Of a stretch of DNA of 64,000 bases, positions 11,774 through 22,185 are shown one piece after another. Origin of the DNA: Candidatus Moanibacter sp. (GTDB lineage Bacteria > Verrucomicrobiota > Verrucomicrobiia > Opitutales > UBA2987); assembly GCA_965215885.1 (NCBI GenBank), contig CBDCEW010000090.1, forward strand, positions 54,393 to 118,392, written 5' to 3'. Both the position numbers and the translations under genes were made by a program. The stretch's first letter is position 1. Each line of letters opens with the position of its first letter. Below the pieces are notes generated by a model that was given only the letters and a program-made list of their open reading frames with translations, ran no database searches and had not been told where the DNA came from.

Positions 11774-12790
11774 CTAATGGAGTACATCGAAGAGATTATT
11801 AAATGGTATCATACGAATTCGACTAAAAAAGACGAGCCCCTGTTGATAAATCGGATGGTAAAGGAACGGATGCATCAACCGTGAAGCGGCCAGCCGGATT
11901 CGAAAATGACTCCGGACTTTTCGATTTATGAAACTCACTGTGCGCAACCAGTCGCACTTGCCGCGAGAGAATTCAACTAATGGGTCCAGGGCGAGGGCGG
12001 CAGCTTCGAACGCCATCGACATGCCGTTTCCGGTAAAAGGGGGAATGCCCGTAAATTGATCGCCGAGGTTTAGCCGGTCGATGGGCTGGTGAGATCGGAT
12101 GAAGTCGAAAGCGGAGACACCGCAGATGCTCTCGGGATCAATTTTCGAAGCCGAAATCCTGTCTGCCAGGAAATTCAATCCAGAGCTGCGCAAGTAGGAG
12201 AGAAAGAGTGAGTGCTTTTTTTCTCGTATATGCGGCCGCTTCCGGAAAAGTCCGCATATATTGACACGCCCGCCTTCGACTTTGGAAGCGCCGGCGTCGG
12301 CAAATTTTCCGAGATGGAGTTCAAGATCGCTTTGCAAAGGGAAGTCGAAGCAGTGCAACTTCAAACCTATCCATTTTGTGCCGCTGGCTTGCCTCCCAGA
12401 TGCCCACACTGACCCTTCGTGACTGTTGAGACTTCGTATCCTCTTACGGGTGAAAAGGGTGCCACCGAGGTCGACAAAACAATCCGCCAGCCGGTGATCC
12501 AGAGTGTATCGAGAAATGCTGAGGGCGGGCCGAGGAATAGTATCTACCCTTCGAAGCTCTCCACGGTAGAACCACGATGTCTGTCTCAGCTTGCCGGCGT
12601 CTTTGAGGATTCGAGCAATACCCAGTTTACCTAAAGTGGACTTTTCTACACCGGCAATGAACTCGCCGCAAACTTTGTGGCGAGGAAAACTCCCTGCCTC
12701 AAAAAGACGAACCTTAATTTCTCGTTTCCTTAGTGCAATTCCCAGTGAGAGTCCTGCGAGGCCGCCACCTATTATGGTTATGGGGTTCAT
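11774..12790 (-). CDS. FAD-dependent oxidoreductase (geranylgeranyl reductase-like)
   Basis: GGGLAG, PRHKVCGEF, GD...PPFTGNGMSMA. Confidence 0.88.
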   Translation of the reverse strand: MNPITIIGGGLAGLSLGIALRKREIKVRLFEAGSFPRHKVCGEFIAGVEKSTLGKLGIARILKDAGKLRQTSWFYRGELRRVDTIPRPALSISRYTLDHRLADCFVDLGGTLFTRKRIRSLNSHEGSVWASGRQASGTKWIGLKLHCFDFPLQSDLELHLGKFADAGASKVEGGRVNICGLFRKRPHIREKKHSLFLSYLRSSGLNFLADRISASKIDPESICGVSAFDFIRSHQPIDRLNLGDQFTGIPPFTGNGMSMAFEAAALALDPLVEFSRGKCDWLRTVSFINRKVRSHFRIRLAASRLMHPFLYHPIYQQGLVFFSRIRMIPFNNLFDVLH

Positions 12791-12792
12791 GG

Positions 12793-13452
12793 CTAAGCCT
12801 CTTTTCGAACAGCCGTCATACGGTATTGGCCGAGAATACCAGTTTGGCAGGACCAGCTCCAGACTTTGGATTCAAGCCCTAAAAATCGAGGAAGTTCGTC
12901 GTCGAGAAATCCTGCTTCTATGCTTACTCGGGCATCGTGATCGGTTACTGGATTTGTTCCCAGAATTTTGCCCAGTTTGAGTTGGTAGAGATGCAATCTT
13001 CTCCTTGCTGTTTCACTGGCAATGATGACTCGAGTTTCCTGGCTGAGTTTTCTACCAAGCTCAAATAGATCTTCACGCTCGAACTGATGTAAAATCATGC
13101 TTGCCAGGACGATGCTAAATTTGTCATAGCCTTCAAAAAGCCTCAAGTCGATTTTGTGCCACCCCCAGGAGGGGCGCCATGATTGCGGCCGCGAGCAGAG
13201 ATCGAGACCATCAAGTAAGATATTGTTATCTGAAATGTGGGAGTGGAGCAAGTAGGAGCCAAGGTCCCCAGAGCCCGCACCGATCTCAAGGATTTTGTCA
13301 CTCGGTCGCAGGACTTTTTTCAAAGTGCGACGAAACCACCGGAAATTACCCATGATGACGTTAAATTTCCTGATGTCCCTGCGATTGTGCATTGCGTTCG
13401 GATCATCTTCCGACAGGGAATCGAGTAATTCCCGCTTAACGACTCTGATCAC
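12793..13452 (-). CDS. SAM-dependent methyltransferase associated with the type III PKS
   Basis: LEIGAGSGD motif I; HDARVSI...F. Confidence 0.85.
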   Translation of the reverse strand: MIRVVKRELLDSLSEDDPNAMHNRRDIRKFNVIMGNFRWFRRTLKKVLRPSDKILEIGAGSGDLGSYLLHSHISDNNILLDGLDLCSRPQSWRPSWGWHKIDLRLFEGYDKFSIVLASMILHQFEREDLFELGRKLSQETRVIIASETARRRLHLYQLKLGKILGTNPVTDHDARVSIEAGFLDDELPRFLGLESKVWSWSCQTGILGQYRMTAVRKEA

Positions 13453-13562
13453 ACGTTGCCTGCTTGGACGTATGGAAGGATGAGCGAATACTTGCCGGGC
13501 CTCGGAATTTCTTGGTTGCGAGTATGCGAGCTACCCGTCTATAAATGCTGATTCTGTGACCG

Positions 13563-14123
13563 ATGCGAGACTTGGGGGAGAGTACTACAAACCATTCCGG
13601 ATCTATTCTCGTGGCCCAACCGGGGCTGGAAGATCCAAATTTCAGGAAGACTGTAATACTGATTTCGGAACATAAGGAGGAAGGTGCGCTCGGAATAGTA
13701 ATTAATCGTCCGCTTAAGAAGACCCTAGGCGAGTATAAGGAAGAATTCGCATCTGGTCCCTTAGCCGAAGTACCCTTATATAGCGGTGGGCCGGTAGGAA
13801 AAAATAAACTCATTCTGACCGCTTGGAAATGGGAACATGAAATCGGAATGTTCAAGCTTTATTTTGGCCTTGATCCGGACAAGGCGCAATCACTTCTCGC
13901 TGAAGAACCGGATCTTGAGGTCCGCGGATTCCTTGGATATGCAGGGTGGAAAAAGGGGCAGATCGAAGATGAACTCAGCAAAGATGCTTGGATTGTTCTC
14001 CCCATAGACGGAAATGCGATCGAGAATCTGAGTGAGACGGAACTTTGGCGACAGATACTCGCCAGTGTGAGTCCGAGACTCGAAATCGAGGCGGATGCGC
14101 CGGAGGATCCTTCGTTAAATTGA
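13563..14123 (+). CDS. YqgE/AlgH family protein
   Basis: DPNFRKTVI, GIVINRP, GGPV, GYAGW..GQ. Confidence 0.92.
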   Translation: MRDLGESTTNHSGSILVAQPGLEDPNFRKTVILISEHKEEGALGIVINRPLKKTLGEYKEEFASGPLAEVPLYSGGPVGKNKLILTAWKWEHEIGMFKLYFGLDPDKAQSLLAEEPDLEVRGFLGYAGWKKGQIEDELSKDAWIVLPIDGNAIENLSETELWRQILASVSPRLEIEADAPEDPSLN

Positions 14124-14210
14124 TAGTCCGTGAGTCGTTCGGTCCGGGAAGAACACATCTGTGAAAGAGTTAATGTCTGATCCGTTTAGCGGCGGTTATC
14201 GAGGATAGCG

Positions 14211-14692
14211 ATGTACCGTTTCCTCACCTTTGTATTCCTTTTTGTGATCTGGATCGTCCTGTCCGGTAAATTCGATCCATTCCATCTTGCCCTGGGCGTC
14301 ATTTCCTCAGCTTTCGTAACCGTTATTTCGTCTGATTTGTATTTTTCCGATCGAACGATAAAAATTTTCGCCAGAGCCCAGCAGATGGTGCGGTTCGCAG
14401 GTTACCTGATTTGGCTGATTTATCAGATCGCACTGGCTAACCTACACATTCTGAGATTGGCGCTTTCTCCAAAAGGTCTAGCAGAAGTGGAGCCAAGAGT
14501 GGTACGTTTCAAGAGCATCTTGAAGTCAGAATTTGCAAAATACGTGTTGGCCAATTCAATTACTCTCACCCCGGGACGGTCACTATTAAGGTGGAAGATA
14601 ATGAGTTTTGGGTACATGTAATCAGCCGCACCTCATCGAGATCGCTGGAAGGAGAGATGGAGTCCCGCATCGCCGGCGTATTCGATAGATAG
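14211..14692 (+). CDS. mrpE: Na+/H+ antiporter subunit E, frameshifted at about 14573 (probable missing G)
   Basis: LANSITLTPG; the shifted frame continues TVTIKVEDNEFWVHVI...EMESRIAGVFDR*. Confidence 0.85.
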
Positions 14693-14703
14693 AATGATGT
14701 TTT

Positions 14704-15009
14704 ATGGACACGTATCTTGAGTTCGTGGGAATAGCACTCTTTCTCTTTATGCTGCTCGCTTTCCTGCGAGTGGTGAACGGTCCGACCGCGATCGATCGAA
14801 TTGTCGCCGTTAATATCATCGGCACGAAGACAACCGTTATTCTTATCATCATCGGCACACTTTTCCACCGCGTCGAGATGTTTGTCGATTTTGCGATTAC
14901 CTATGCGCTTCTGAATTTCATCGCATCATTGGCAGCGGCCAAATACCTCCATAAGAAAAGGCCGCAGGAGGCTATTCCAATTCTACAAAGCAGGAGAAGA
15001 ATGAGATGA
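14704..15009 (+). CDS. mrpF: Na+/H+ antiporter subunit F
   Basis: RVVNGPTAIDRIVA, YALLNF. Confidence 0.9.
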   Translation: MDTYLEFVGIALFLFMLLAFLRVVNGPTAIDRIVAVNIIGTKTTVILIIIGTLFHRVEMFVDFAITYALLNFIASLAAAKYLHKKRPQEAIPILQSRRRMR

Positions 15010-15347
15010 CGCAGAATATCATCAGTGCCCTGTTGATTTCAGTGGGGCTAGTATTCTTTCTCGGCGCAGTGGTGGGTCTTTTGCGATTTCCTGATTTTTA
15101 CACTCGCATGCATGCGGCCGGTACAGGGGATACCCTGTCCACTCTACTCATTCTCCTGGGGCTGGTTCTTGCTAATCTTCAGCAGCTGTCCCTTGCAGAG
15201 ACACTGGTCGCCTTTAAGATTACCGGTATTTGTCTCTTTGTGGCTTTAACCAGTCCCACCAGTACTCATGCCCTCATGCAGGCGGGTTATGAAGAGGGAA
15301 TTGAGCCTTGGAAACGCGAGGAGGCGAAAGCGGACAGCGCATCATGA
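15006..15347 (+). CDS. mrpG: Na+/H+ antiporter subunit G
   Basis: RFPDFYTRMHAA...DTL. Confidence 0.92.
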   Translation: MTQNIISALLISVGLVFFLGAVVGLLRFPDFYTRMHAAGTGDTLSTLLILLGLVLANLQQLSLAETLVAFKITGICLFVALTSPTSTHALMQAGYEEGIEPWKREEAKADSAS

Positions 15348-15589
15348 TTTGGCAATTCAATATCATAATTCTTACTCTTCTAATCGTCACCGCCGTCATT
15401 GCTCTGCGTCTGAAGGATTTGCTGAGCGCTGTGATCGTGTTCGGCACCTATAGTTTTCTGATTTGTCTCTTGTGGGCGGAGATGGGAGCGGTCGACGTCG
15501 CTTTTACAGAGGCGGCGGTCGGGGCGGGGGTGAGCACGATTTTTATGATTGCCACTGTATATTGTACGACGAGGGAGTCTTCCGATTGA
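15344..15589 (+). CDS. MrpA-C-terminal/MnhB-related small subunit (DUF4040-type)
   Basis: AVDVAFTEAAVGAG; ATGA overlap with mrpG. Confidence 0.85.
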   Translation: MIWQFNIIILTLLIVTAVIALRLKDLLSAVIVFGTYSFLICLLWAEMGAVDVAFTEAAVGAGVSTIFMIATVYCTTRESSD

Positions 15590-16344
15590 GGATCATCGGC
15601 ATCATAACGGTTCTGATTACGTGTGCGCTTCTCATTTATGCGGCGGGAGATCTTCCGGATTGGGGTAACCCTAATTCTCCCGCGAGTCGAAATCGAATAT
15701 CCCGACATTTCATCACCCGATCGATCCACGAAACCGAGGTACCGAACATGGTAACCGCTGTCCTGGCAGACTACCGCGGCTATGACACATTATTCGAAAC
15801 GATAGTGATTTTTACGGCCGGGATTTCGATTGTTGCAATCCTTCGTGTATTCGGTGTCAGAGAAATCGGAAGAATGAGGGTAAGGCGTCGGGCGCGGACG
15901 CAGAAGCCGGACCTGATTATTATCACGACCGGTCGTCTCTTAATTCCAATTATTCAGATATTCGCGATTTATGTCGTCGCCCATGGGCACCACAGTCCAG
16001 GCGGTGGTTTCCAAGGTGGTGTGATATTCGGGGCTAGTTTCATTCTCTATGCAATCGTTCGAGACTTGCCGGACGCACTGAAACGATGTCCGGAAGAGAC
16101 GGGAGTGTATTTGGCGAATACCGGAGTCCTGATCTATTCGGGCATAGGATTACTCTGCATTCTACTTGGGGCGAATTTTCTCGATTATGCGGTGCTGGAC
16201 GGGATCCTGCCAGGCTCAACCGCTGAGGCGCGCTATCACAGCATATTCGCCGTCGAATTCGGTGTCGCATTTACCGTTTCTGCTATCATGTTTGCCATAT
16301 ATGGGAACCTTTCCTCCAAGGGTCGGCTACGGGAAGGACTCTAG
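15586..16344 (+). CDS. mrpB: Na+/H+ antiporter subunit B (fused type)
   Basis: NMVTAVLADYRGYDTLFE, GHHSPGGGFQGG; TTG start overlaps the upstream stop. Confidence 0.88.
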   Translation: MRIIGIITVLITCALLIYAAGDLPDWGNPNSPASRNRISRHFITRSIHETEVPNMVTAVLADYRGYDTLFETIVIFTAGISIVAILRVFGVREIGRMRVRRRARTQKPDLIIITTGRLLIPIIQIFAIYVVAHGHHSPGGGFQGGVIFGASFILYAIVRDLPDALKRCPEETGVYLANTGVLIYSGIGLLCILLGANFLDYAVLDGILPGSTAEARYHSIFAVEFGVAFTVSAIMFAIYGNLSSKGRLREGL

Positions 16345-16364
16345 CTCCATTTAGTCTATTACTC

Positions 16365-16820
16365 ATGTCGGAACTGATAGAACTGATTGTCCTCCGCTAC
16401 AATTACTGGGTCTACATCGTGCTTTTGATGATCGGGCTCTACGCCATGATCGCAAAGAAGAATCTGATCAAGAAATTGATTGGTATGTCCATTTTTCAGA
16501 CGGCCATTATACTGTTCTACGTGTCTATGGGAGTGAAGGAAAATGCGACAATTCCGATCATTGACCACCAAATCGGGCATGCGCAAAGTGACGACGCCAG
16601 GGCGGGTGGGGGTGGGGGTGTGGCTATTCACGCTGGCCGGTACACCTTAAACCCCGAAGACTATGCGAACCCATTGCCTCACGTCCTTATGCTCACTGCC
16701 ATCGTGGTCGGTGTCAGCACGTTAGGCGTGGCGCTTGCCGTGGTTCAGAAAGTTCACGCCGAATACGGAACTATTGAGGAGGACGAGATCCTCGCTCAGA
16801 TCAGATCGGGTCGTGGCTGA
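16365..16820 (+). CDS. mrpC: Na+/H+ antiporter subunit C
   Basis: NLIKKLIG, NPLPHVLMLTAIVVG. Confidence 0.92.
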   Translation: MSELIELIVLRYNYWVYIVLLMIGLYAMIAKKNLIKKLIGMSIFQTAIILFYVSMGVKENATIPIIDHQIGHAQSDDARAGGGGGVAIHAGRYTLNPEDYANPLPHVLMLTAIVVGVSTLGVALAVVQKVHAEYGTIEEDEILAQIRSGRG

Positions 16821-18348
16821 CCAGTATCCAGCCATCCTCTTGCTGGCGCCGCTTTTTGCGGCTTTTGCGGTATGCCTGGCCGGGTCCTTGAAAAGGGAGA
16901 TCTCCCATCCTATTGTGATAATCTCTCTTCTCGTTTCCACTTGGGCCTCAATCCGCACTCTTGAGCAGGTAATGGAAGTCGGAGAATTGGTCTATCTTCT
17001 GGGAAATTGGCCGCGGCCTTTTGGGATTGAATATCGAATCGATTCTCTCAACGCCCTTGTCGTCCTCGTGATTAACATCATCGCACTAATCACTGCAATC
17101 TACTCCAAACCATTTGTCGAGAAAGAGAATCCGGAGAAGGTCGTTCAGTTTTATACCCTCTATCTGCTGCTCGTGACCTCTCTTATTGGTATCTGCCTTA
17201 CCGGCGATGCCTTTAATCTCTACGTCCTTCTGGAAGTCTCATCACTGACTAGTTACGCACTTATCGCGATGGGGAGCAGGCGGGCTGTTCTGGCCTGTTT
17301 CAATTACATCATAATGGGCACGATAGGTGCTTCCTTTTACCTCCTGGGAGTCGGTTACCTCTACATCAAGACCGGTTCTCTGAACATGGTAGACATTCAG
17401 CAGATCCTGGTTTCCGAGAATCTCTACGAGTCCCCGTCGGTCTTGGTCGCCTTCATGATGATCCTGGTCGGAGTCTGGATCAAGATGGCATTTTTCCCCT
17501 TACATGGCTGGTTGCCCAATGCATACACATTTGCGCCCACTACGACCGGTTGCCTGATCGCACCCCTCATGACAAAAGTCACTGTATATATCATGATTCG
17601 CATGATGTATACGGTGTTTCACGGCCACTATACCCTCGTTCATCTCGATTGGAATGCGATCGTCGTCTTTATGGCCATAATAGCGATTGTGGCTGGATCC
17701 ATTCTGGCACTTGCCCAGATTGATCTCAGGAAAACACTCTGTTACCTTATTATTGCCGAGGTTGGATATATGGTAGGAGGGGCCTGGTTGGCGAATGAGG
17801 CTGGTCTTGTGGGCGCGATATACCACATTATCAGCGATGCGTTTATGACTTCATGTCTTTTTCTAGCGGCCGGGATCATATTTGCCAAAACGCGACAATA
17901 TAGGATCGCCAGGATGTCTGGTTTGTTTAAGGAGATGCCTTTTACGATGGGTGCTTTCACCCTCGGAGCCCTCTCCATGATTGGTGTTCCTCCGACCTGC
18001 GGTTTCTTCAGTAAGTGGTATCTCATTCGTGGAGGCATTGAGGCCGGTCATTGGGGTTTTGTGATCGCCGTGCTCCTCTCGAGTCTGGCAATCGCGGTTA
18101 TATTTTTTCGGATCCTGGAAGTTGCTTACTTTGGTAGTCTGGCCGACTTTCGGGAGGGAGAGCACACCGGTACTACGCGCGTACCGTGGGCAAGCGGGGA
18201 CACGGAGAGAGTTACCGAGGGTTCTATTGTCGCCCTTGTGCCTCTCTATATTGCAGCGCTCTTCGTCCTCCTGATTGGAGTTTTCAATCAGACACTTGTC
18301 TTTCTCATCGGAGAGGCGGTCAAACAGTTTGGGGCTGTGTTTCAATAG
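16813..18348 (+). CDS. mrpD: Na+/H+ antiporter subunit D paralog 1
   Basis: DAFNLYVLLE, FPLHGWLPNAY, GVPPTCGFFSKW. Confidence 0.9.
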   Translation: MADQYPAILLLAPLFAAFAVCLAGSLKREISHPIVIISLLVSTWASIRTLEQVMEVGELVYLLGNWPRPFGIEYRIDSLNALVVLVINIIALITAIYSKPFVEKENPEKVVQFYTLYLLLVTSLIGICLTGDAFNLYVLLEVSSLTSYALIAMGSRRAVLACFNYIIMGTIGASFYLLGVGYLYIKTGSLNMVDIQQILVSENLYESPSVLVAFMMILVGVWIKMAFFPLHGWLPNAYTFAPTTTGCLIAPLMTKVTVYIMIRMMYTVFHGHYTLVHLDWNAIVVFMAIIAIVAGSILALAQIDLRKTLCYLIIAEVGYMVGGAWLANEAGLVGAIYHIISDAFMTSCLFLAAGIIFAKTRQYRIARMSGLFKEMPFTMGAFTLGALSMIGVPPTCGFFSKWYLIRGGIEAGHWGFVIAVLLSSLAIAVIFFRILEVAYFGSLADFREGEHTGTTRVPWASGDTERVTEGSIVALVPLYIAALFVLLIGVFNQTLVFLIGEAVKQFGAVFQ

Positions 18349-18356
18349 AGTGTGCG

Positions 18357-19832
18357 ATGGAAAGCGTCGTGTCGATCAAGCCGCTTGCAGCCTGTCTGGT
18401 TTCTCTTGCGGCCGTCATACCAATTGTCCTCTCCCGCAGGCACCCGAACCTTAGGGAAGGCTGGACTTTTCTGGCTGGTTTCGCGAAGGCGATTATTGTG
18501 ATTTCCATGCTTCCGGCTGTCTTAAGCGGGCGCGTATTGGAATGGACGATTTGGGAGATCATCCCGGGCCTGCCACTTCAGTTTCGGGTCGATGCTTTCG
18601 GAGTATTTTTTGCGTTGGTGGCCTCGCTTTTGTGGATCGCGACCTCCCTCTACTCGGTTGGGTACATGCGTGAGTTGCGGGAGCATTCCCAGACACGTTT
18701 TTTCGCCTTCTTCGCCGTCGCTCTCTCTGCCACCCTGGGAGTAGCCTTTGCCGGGAATCTTCTGACACTCTATCTCTTTTACGAATTGCTCTCGTTGTCC
18801 ACCTATCCCCTTGTAACGCATCATCAGGACGAAAAAGCGCTTCTAGGTGGGCGCACCTATCTCGTCTATCTCCTTGGTTCTTCAATCGCCTTTGCTCTCC
18901 CGGCCATGCTCTACACCTACGTTAAATCGGGGGGAAACCTGGAATTCGCCGCGGGTGGTTTCCTGGCTGGGCAGGTGACGGGGTTTGAGGCAACAGTTCT
19001 CCTCCTCCTCTTTGTGTTCGGATTTTCCAAATGTGGATTGATGCCACTGCATTCGTGGCTTCCCAACGCTATGGTGGCGCCCACTCCTGTAAGCGCCCTC
19101 CTGCATGCTGTGGCCGTGGTTAAGGTCGGAGTCTTCTGCGTGGTTCGAGTTTTTACCGGTGTATTCGGATTTGATCTGCTCGGGCGAATCACGGGGAGCG
19201 ACATCATTCTCGGGTTGGCCGCATTTACGGTTATCACTTCATCCCTAATTGCATTGTCTCAGGATAATTTGAAACGTCGTTTAGCATTTTCCACGATCGG
19301 ACAGTTGTCTTATGTAATCCTCGGTGTTTCGTTGCTGACGCCTCTTGGTCTAACCGGGAGCGTGCTCCATATTGGAATGCACGCGGTAGGTAAGATTACC
19401 CTCTTTTTCTGTGCCGGAGCGATTCTCGTGGCAACCGGTAAGAACAATGTCAGCGATATGCGAGGCATCGGTTGGCAGATGCCAGTAACCTTTACTGCTT
19501 TTCTCCTCGGCGCGTTCAGCATTATCGGTCTGCCTCCGTTTGGAGGAGCGTGGAGCAAATGGTATCTTCTATTAGGGGCGTTTCAGGCAGAGAACTACCT
19601 CGTGGTAGCTGTTTTTTTAATCAGTTCTCTCCTCAATGTAGCGTATCTGCTACCGGTGGTGGGATACGCATTCTTCAGCCCCCCTTCAGGTGGGAGTGAG
19701 AAGCCTCGGATAAAAGAGGCCCCTTTGGCTTGCTTGGTGCCTCTTTCCCTCACGGCGATAGGGACTTACATCCTGTTTGTTTATCCGGATGCGTTAGTGC
19801 GACTAGCTAAGCTGATGGAGGCGTCACTATGA
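18357..19832 (+). CDS. mrpD: Na+/H+ antiporter subunit D paralog 2
   Basis: PLHSWLPNAMVAPTPVSALLHAVAVVK. Confidence 0.9.
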   Translation: MESVVSIKPLAACLVSLAAVIPIVLSRRHPNLREGWTFLAGFAKAIIVISMLPAVLSGRVLEWTIWEIIPGLPLQFRVDAFGVFFALVASLLWIATSLYSVGYMRELREHSQTRFFAFFAVALSATLGVAFAGNLLTLYLFYELLSLSTYPLVTHHQDEKALLGGRTYLVYLLGSSIAFALPAMLYTYVKSGGNLEFAAGGFLAGQVTGFEATVLLLLFVFGFSKCGLMPLHSWLPNAMVAPTPVSALLHAVAVVKVGVFCVVRVFTGVFGFDLLGRITGSDIILGLAAFTVITSSLIALSQDNLKRRLAFSTIGQLSYVILGVSLLTPLGLTGSVLHIGMHAVGKITLFFCAGAILVATGKNNVSDMRGIGWQMPVTFTAFLLGAFSIIGLPPFGGAWSKWYLLLGAFQAENYLVVAVFLISSLLNVAYLLPVVGYAFFSPPSGGSEKPRIKEAPLACLVPLSLTAIGTYILFVYPDALVRLAKLMEASL

Positions 19833-20161
19833 GAATTGGGGAGACGGAAGAGAGCGAATATAGGGAGGAGGGTGTCGTCCTATTGCCCGATGACGGCCAA
19901 AAGCACATCTACGACGATCCACGTAATATTGATCGGGTAGTGAAGAGCTTCTTAGCGGTGTGTCTATTCCTCTTCCTCTTCGATATCGTCTTTATTTTTC
20001 ACCATAAGCATTTGAGTTTTACTGAGGGTGAATTCCCGTTAGAGGGCTTTTTCGGGTTTTTCGGTATCTATGGTTTCGGAGCCTGCGTCCTTCTCGTTCT
20101 CCTCGCGAAATACGTCCTGAGAAATCTTGTGATGCGGGACGATGACTACTATGAGCGGTAG
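19829..20161 (+). CDS. Small membrane protein within the Mrp operon
   Basis: Two TM helices, C-terminal MRDDDYYE; overlaps both neighbours. Confidence 0.75.
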   Translation: MRIGETEESEYREEGVVLLPDDGQKHIYDDPRNIDRVVKSFLAVCLFLFLFDIVFIFHHKHLSFTEGEFPLEGFFGFFGIYGFGACVLLVLLAKYVLRNLVMRDDDYYER

Positions 20162-21920
20162 TCTGCATCCAGCCCTTGTCCTTTTCGTCGGAGCCCTCCT
20201 TATTCCTCTCCTTGGAGGTTGGTTGCGTAAGGGCTTCCTTGTGTTGGTACCAGTCGTCGGATTTATCAATGTCCTAACCCTTGACACAGGAGCGAGCGCA
20301 ACACTCTTTCTCGGGGGGTACGAATTGCTCGTTCTGCGGGTCGACAAACTGAGTCTCCTTTTTGGCTACCTCTTTCACGTGGCTGCTTTGATCGGGGCAA
20401 TCTACGCCCTCGGATTGAAAGACAATGTCCAGCTCGTTTCCGCCTTTCTCTATGCTGGAAGTGCCGTGGGTGTCGTATTCGCTGGTGATTTCATTACCCT
20501 CTTTCTCTTTTGGGAGCTGCTCGCAATCACCTCGGTATTCCAAATCTGGGCGCGGAGACGGCCGGGATCGATGTGGTGCGGGATTCGATACCTCATCATG
20601 CAGATATCCTCCGGATTGCTCCTCATTACCGGCGCGGCTTTGAGGTACATGGAAACGGAATCGCTGGCGTTTGATCTGATGCAGTTGGACGGCGTGGCTT
20701 CCTATCTAATCTTCCTTGCGTTCGGCATAAAGTGCTGCTTCCCCACACTTCACACATGGCTGATCGATGCCTATCCGGAAGCGACGCCGACCGGCACGGT
20801 CTTTCTCAGTTCGTTTACGACTAAAGCAGCCGTATACGCTCTGGCACGGGGTTTTGCAGGAACGGAGATCTTGGTAGTAATCGGCACTGTAATGACGATG
20901 TTTCCGATATTTTACGCCGTAATTGAGAACGATCTGCGACGAGTCTTGGGCTACAGCATGATCAACCAGATTGGATTTATGGTCGTCGGCATCGGGATCG
21001 GTTCCCCCATGGCTGTAAATGGTGCTGTTGCCCATGCCTTTAACGACGTCATTTTTAAGGGCTTGTTATTCATGTCGATGGGAGCGGTTCTTTACCGGAC
21101 CGGAAAAATCAACGGGACTGATCTCGGTGGGCTCTATAAATCAATGCCTTGGACGACTGGTTTTTGTATTGTGGGAGCGGCCTCTATTTCCGCTTTTCCC
21201 TTATTTAGTGGATTCGTGAGCAAGTCGATGATCATGGCAGCGGCTGCTGGAGAGGGACGGATAGCGGTTTGGCTGTTCCTCCTCTTCGCGTCGGCCGGTG
21301 TTTTTCATCATGCCGGTATAAAGATTCCCTATTTTGCCTTCTATCAGCACGACTCGGGAATACGAACGAAAGAAGCGCCTTTTCACATGCTCGTGGCCAT
21401 GGGGATTGCGGCGATGCTTTGTATCTTTAATGGCTCCTTTCCCTCCACTCTATATAGTTTGCTGCCGTACGAAGTGAGCTACGTTCCCTACACGCTTACT
21501 CATATTGTGACGCAGACGCAGCTCCTGTTTTTCTCCGCTCTCGCTTTTACGGTGTTAATGCTGACAAGGGTTTATCCTCCGGAATTGCAATCCGTGAATC
21601 TGGATTTCGACTGGTTCTATCGAAAAGGAGGTCGGCTCCTCTACTGGTTGGCGGACAAATCTTTGAACGGTATTAATGCAGTGTCGTTTCGTTTTGTTGT
21701 GCAGGGGGTTGTCCCGCGGCTGGCTCACCTTTTCCGGCATTATCCTGCCCGGACTCTCGCAACTTTCTTGGTGCCCTATTGGCGGCTAAGCGGGTTGAGC
21801 CGGGAAAAAATACTCGAGAATAAACGCAATCTCTACCTCTCGGTGCAACTCGGGGCTTTCCCCATTGGCATCACCGTGTATCTGGCCGTTTTGATGCTGG
21901 CTATACTCTTTCTTTTCTAG
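20151..21920 (+). CDS. mrpD: Na+/H+ antiporter subunit D paralog 3
   Basis: LHTWLIDAYPEAT, ENDLRRVL, GFVSKS. Confidence 0.9.
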   Translation: MSGSLHPALVLFVGALLIPLLGGWLRKGFLVLVPVVGFINVLTLDTGASATLFLGGYELLVLRVDKLSLLFGYLFHVAALIGAIYALGLKDNVQLVSAFLYAGSAVGVVFAGDFITLFLFWELLAITSVFQIWARRRPGSMWCGIRYLIMQISSGLLLITGAALRYMETESLAFDLMQLDGVASYLIFLAFGIKCCFPTLHTWLIDAYPEATPTGTVFLSSFTTKAAVYALARGFAGTEILVVIGTVMTMFPIFYAVIENDLRRVLGYSMINQIGFMVVGIGIGSPMAVNGAVAHAFNDVIFKGLLFMSMGAVLYRTGKINGTDLGGLYKSMPWTTGFCIVGAASISAFPLFSGFVSKSMIMAAAAGEGRIAVWLFLLFASAGVFHHAGIKIPYFAFYQHDSGIRTKEAPFHMLVAMGIAAMLCIFNGSFPSTLYSLLPYEVSYVPYTLTHIVTQTQLLFFSALAFTVLMLTRVYPPELQSVNLDFDWFYRKGGRLLYWLADKSLNGINAVSFRFVVQGVVPRLAHLFRHYPARTLATFLVPYWRLSGLSREKILENKRNLYLSVQLGAFPIGITVYLAVLMLAILFLF

Positions 21921-21940
21921 TCCCGGCTTGCCGGGACTAG
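21917..21940. repeat. Mini-hairpin CTAGTCCCGG-CTTG-CCGGGACTAG at the end of the mrp operon
   Basis: Perfect 10-bp stem; relatives at about 8732-8750, 40307-40323 and 50177-50194. Confidence 0.65.
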
Positions 21941-22008
21941 CAGAGAATACCGTTGACAGGGGAACGGATATGACCTTTCTGTTGCAGCTTTCTTGAACCT
22001 GCAAGTCC

Positions 22009-22134
22009 GTGAAAGTAGTATCCAGTCTTAAAACTCTGAAAACGCGGCATCCGAATTGTAAGGTTGTACGGCGTCGGGGCCGGATCTACGTAATTTGCAA
22101 GACCAAACCGCGTTTCAAAGCGCGACAAGGGTAA
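22009..22134 (+). CDS. rpmJ: 50S ribosomal protein L36, type B (not in the ORF track)
   Basis: GTG start; [47 protein letters not shown] about 55 nt upstream. Confidence 0.95.
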   Translation: MKVVSSLKTLKTRHPNCKVVRRRGRIYVICKTKPRFKARQG

Positions 22135-22185
22135 TTGAGTAGATTCGAGCGATCCAAAGGAATGTAAGTAATCAGCGATATTACT

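Noticed and set aside
14570..14580. Programmed frameshift in mrpE
   Set aside because: One missing G in a short G run of a conserved gene; most likely a sequencing indel.
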